From positions 124,001-188,000 of the forward strand of contig JAHDYR010000003.1 in the NCBI GenBank assembly GCA_019828565.1: a DNA stretch of 64,000 nt. Reading direction: 5' to 3'. The stretch's first letter is position 1; every line of letters begins with the position of its first letter. The notes beneath the pieces were generated by a model that ran no database searches, was not told the DNA's origin, and worked only from the letters and a program-made list of their open reading frames with translations. Positions 62,101 to 64,000 of the stretch are shown piece by piece. A program made the position numbers and the translations under genes. The DNA is from Carpediemonas membranifera BICM. Taxonomy: Eukaryota > Protista > Fornicata.

Positions 62101-64000
62101 TGACAACTCTGTCGATCACATGGTCGACAAAGGCAGTCAGCCATAGACTGTCGGGCTTGCTGTTGAAGAAGCCGCTGTACTCTATGGACTCTGGCACTGC
62201 GATCGGGGCCCACAGTTCATACCAGAGCTCGGCGACGGCCGCCATGAGGGCTGTGGGGTTCATGGTGATGGCAGACTCCGTGTTGGGCTGTGACAGGGCC
62301 GCCGCAGCCACCGTCTGTGCGAGAACGGCGCTGATGCCCATGAGGATCTTGAGGGCATACGGGGAAAGATCGGGGTGGGTCATGGCCTGGTCGACCGTCT
62401 GGACGGGCACCTCGTAGCCGGCATCGGGGTCGGGGTCGCTGTACTCGGACGAGTCGGAGGAGTAGTCGCTGTCGTACTCACTCGAGTCGTCTGAAGTCGC
62501 CTCGAAGTCAGAGTCGGAGTCGGAGTCAGAGTCGGAGTCGAGTTGCCAGCGCTTGGCTCTGCGTCGTTCAACAATGTCGGAGTCATCTGAGTCGCTGTCC
62601 GACTCGCTCGACTCGGACTCAGCAGTGGAGTCGTCCGCGGGCTTGGCTGGGATCATCTCGAAGATGTCTGTGAGGATAGAGCTGTCCAGGGCGAGCTTGC
62701 AGCACATGTTGACGTCCACGGCGTTGCACATCTTTGTCAGGCGTGCGATGATGGTGACCATGGAGCATGCCGCTTGGAGGATGCGGGTGTGCTCGTTGGG
62801 CTTGAGTCCGACAACTGTCTGGACGCTCTTCATCGCCATAAAGGTCGAGGCGAGCAGGACGGCGGTGGGGATGGCGCTGAGGGAGTCCTTGTCCGCCTTG
62901 ATGAGGCGGACGGCGATACCGGCGGCCCGGTTCATGAGGGCGTTGGCGTTGAAGGTCTTGCCGTTGACAACCGTGGCGCACGAGACGACGTGCTTCATGA
63001 GGGCGAGCATTCCGAAGTTGGACTGGCCTACGACGGAGACGGCGGCGATGACAGCGGCGACGGACCGTTTCTTGGGCACCAGCTGGCACGCGGTCTCGGC
63101 AATAAACGTGACGAGGGCGTGGTCGTCACTCTGGAGCTGGCGGAGCAGGTCGTGGGCGTACACCGCGGCGAACTCATGCATGGCGTCGTTTCCTACTGTA
63201 ATAGCGGAGAGTTCCTTGGCGAGGTCAGACGCGCCATCCTTGAGGAAAGCCTCGAGCAGCGTCACTCTCTGGATAATGCTTTCGTGGTGCTCCATCATCG
63301 TCTCCCGCCACCGCTCAGTCTCGGCGAAGATGGCGTTGCTGAAGGGGAAGAGCAGGGTGGCGGGGCTGCGGGTGAGGGTGACCTTGAACGTCTGGCCCAT
63401 CGGGGAGGTCGAGGACTTCCCCACAGCCACAAAGACGTGGTGTTCAGCGAGCCTTGACCACAGCTCGTGCCAGGCCTTGGCGTGGCGGGCTGGTTTGACG
63501 ACAGAGGACAGGTTATGGCACGTGTCGAGGCTGGCGATGACGAACCTGAAGGCGAAGAGCACCTTGTCCATTATGACGGCCTTGAGGTGCTTCTTGAGAG
63601 AACCCTGCTTGCTGCCAGTGGCCTTGGCCTCTGCCTTCATCCAGTCATCCATAAATGACATGAAGATCTCAGCGTCTTCGGGCTGCTTGTCATGGTCCAG
63701 CACGAGCTGCTCAGCCAGATGATACACGACCCGCCTCATCCTCTTGTTCCCAGCGAGAGTCCTGGCCACTTCGTCAGCGTGCGTGCGGTCCTTGGAGCTT
63801 GGATCATGCACCGTGTGCTTCAGGGCGTCGAGGATGTCTGCCCGCACCTCGTCCGGGTTGAGGGTATCACAATCCAGCCTCTGTCTGACAATAGCGGCGG
63901 TGTCGGCCTCGCTGACCGTCCATCTGTCGCACGTGTCATCGATATGGTAGTGCTCCCACTTCCCGTCGAAGCTGCGGACGATGTCAGCTGGTCTGAACCT
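59186..64000 (-). CDS. RNF213 (mysterin)-like giant protein, C-terminal part with RZ-type finger; 5' end outside the window
   Basis: Frame is open to the window edge; FDGKWEHYHIDD resembles the RNF213 post-AAA motif as recalled; RZ-like WVCTKCGTPFFIGECSMPMQVGVCVSCGAQVGGTHH at ~60985-61094. Confidence 0.75.
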   Translation of the reverse strand, partial: RFRPADIVRSFDGKWEHYHIDDTCDRWTVSEADTAAIVRQRLDCDTLNPDEVRADILDALKHTVHDPSSKDRTHADEVARTLAGNKRMRRVVYHLAEQLVLDHDKQPEDAEIFMSFMDDWMKAEAKATGSKQGSLKKHLKAVIMDKVLFAFRFVIASLDTCHNLSSVVKPARHAKAWHELWSRLAEHHVFVAVGKSSTSPMGQTFKVTLTRSPATLLFPFSNAIFAETERWRETMMEHHESIIQRVTLLEAFLKDGASDLAKELSAITVGNDAMHEFAAVYAHDLLRQLQSDDHALVTFIAETACQLVPKKRSVAAVIAAVSVVGQSNFGMLALMKHVVSCATVVNGKTFNANALMNRAAGIAVRLIKADKDSLSAIPTAVLLASTFMAMKSVQTVVGLKPNEHTRILQAACSMVTIIARLTKMCNAVDVNMCCKLALDSSILTDIFEMIPAKPADDSTAESESSESDSDSDDSDIVERRRAKRWQLDSDSDSDSDSDFEATSDDSSEYDSDYSSDSSEYSDPDPDAGYEVPVQTVDQAMTHPDLSPYALKILMGISAVLAQTVAAAALSQPNTESAITMNPTALMAAVAELWYELWAPIAVPESIEYSGFFNSKPDSLWLTAFVDHVIDRVVSRLDFAPHSMTWLNSMVPRALDMILTLSGTVEGIDKGVYMVFNRCMKYNADRAALFMLTPPLACYTMISGAENHDWMPTLFGDGTPHAQEDGALHTVRYAAASTMATIGRAVTAALPVSKHHILPGILVHLKVAVEHNTPMEGVEALLVGVFQQAVAILTSDWPRANQTLAHAVADICHAAQAKVQRAGEGVSMAKATAHVLSSVLEAKGLSQLEVMLTAGQFGFASIPGLQSILKPDWPAAMAPLMIEWEKVSATDPMDMLKQLKQAGFTDDDFNDSRAAGLKVFRHRVATSDQTQGWVQAMATGDRMRGTFLPTDDDATQEVFRVMSDGKRMAQWVCTKCGTPFFIGECSMPMQVGVCVSCGAQVGGTHHNPLSGSVKVANNTDAAAFKDSIEIIRSETIPAGAVRSLSTVGVTTMARILLLSIHGDQISHKKALSLTNLALTHSAGKVQSVDEMWILLHLLFIHMAKVCVTSFNTADSRNKWELEFNKAYHSLIDTLPYHRDRLMAMTSISRVRDIIGTVDAVKQLETMDALLDCPGLNAVEHRAACTLADVTSTTDFIVRNKADAMHECICHLPDILAVVRRCEKDELGSVVRDLRLSRPSVHVAVQKYARAFIAHSQPGKAVFDSDNADDVPTGIFKPDQTPNGLFVRRFLRQLVRSADDFFTDVYRMTHNAKLGGKQVRHFMVGGTDPTLPVESYAIASPSFELFFGPSFRVQDTTDALVEWTLTFCPPQAEFDSLLRIYKIIPPVSDPIDIFKANIPQQPPQPELFSRLSRATDVDLGEARGLLDIAMKVVHSSQHDLNAVIKKLDMPTSPLLSGVSMCHAVGALQLVDSIFLGRRQKLGEARDWMLTAGPFAPFAPVTAADEEPDAVNNVVQALAPFDSQEDLWTAYVMALDSALLFSKQIEEGTDPASKAKSTGLMDFATLCDLRTTYIEDEMEVYTKFAALSDVRISDVPVLLACVAESWC

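Overview
Gene-dense, GC-rich eukaryotic (protist) genomic window, standard genetic code, with about 26 protein-coding genes. Introns are sparse and very short (28-36 nt), with GTNNGT donors and the branch point fused to the acceptor (TNAY-NYAG). These features and an archaeal-type ProRS suggest a metamonad/fornicate such as Carpediemonas (inference). Main discovery: 47566-48588 (+) looks intergenic in the ORF track but parses as a gene with 15 back-to-back tiny introns separated by 14 micro-exons (eleven of 3 nt, two of 6 nt, one of 9 nt). All 15 introns are phase 2. Splicing gives an open 190-aa protein (MPRYCGKPTQYDDAGNGIHHCNSSHQCDEC...) in which most micro-exons each specify one residue of a loop in a Cys/His motif, and all 2^14 skip combinations stay in frame and stop-free. 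Head-to-head with it is a DEAD-box helicase carrying a 332-aa intein, with a decayed LAGLIDADG endonuclease, in Walker A. Also present: a ~6,160-aa Cys-rich type-I membrane protein broken by small indels, an RNF213-like RZ-finger protein, a CIPK-type kinase, a WCA-type actin nucleation factor and housekeeping genes (ZPR1, ProRS, Nar1, BPNT1, PPWD1, SNM1, ArfGAP, NEK, RhoGEF). Family assignments come from motif recognition only; no searches were run.
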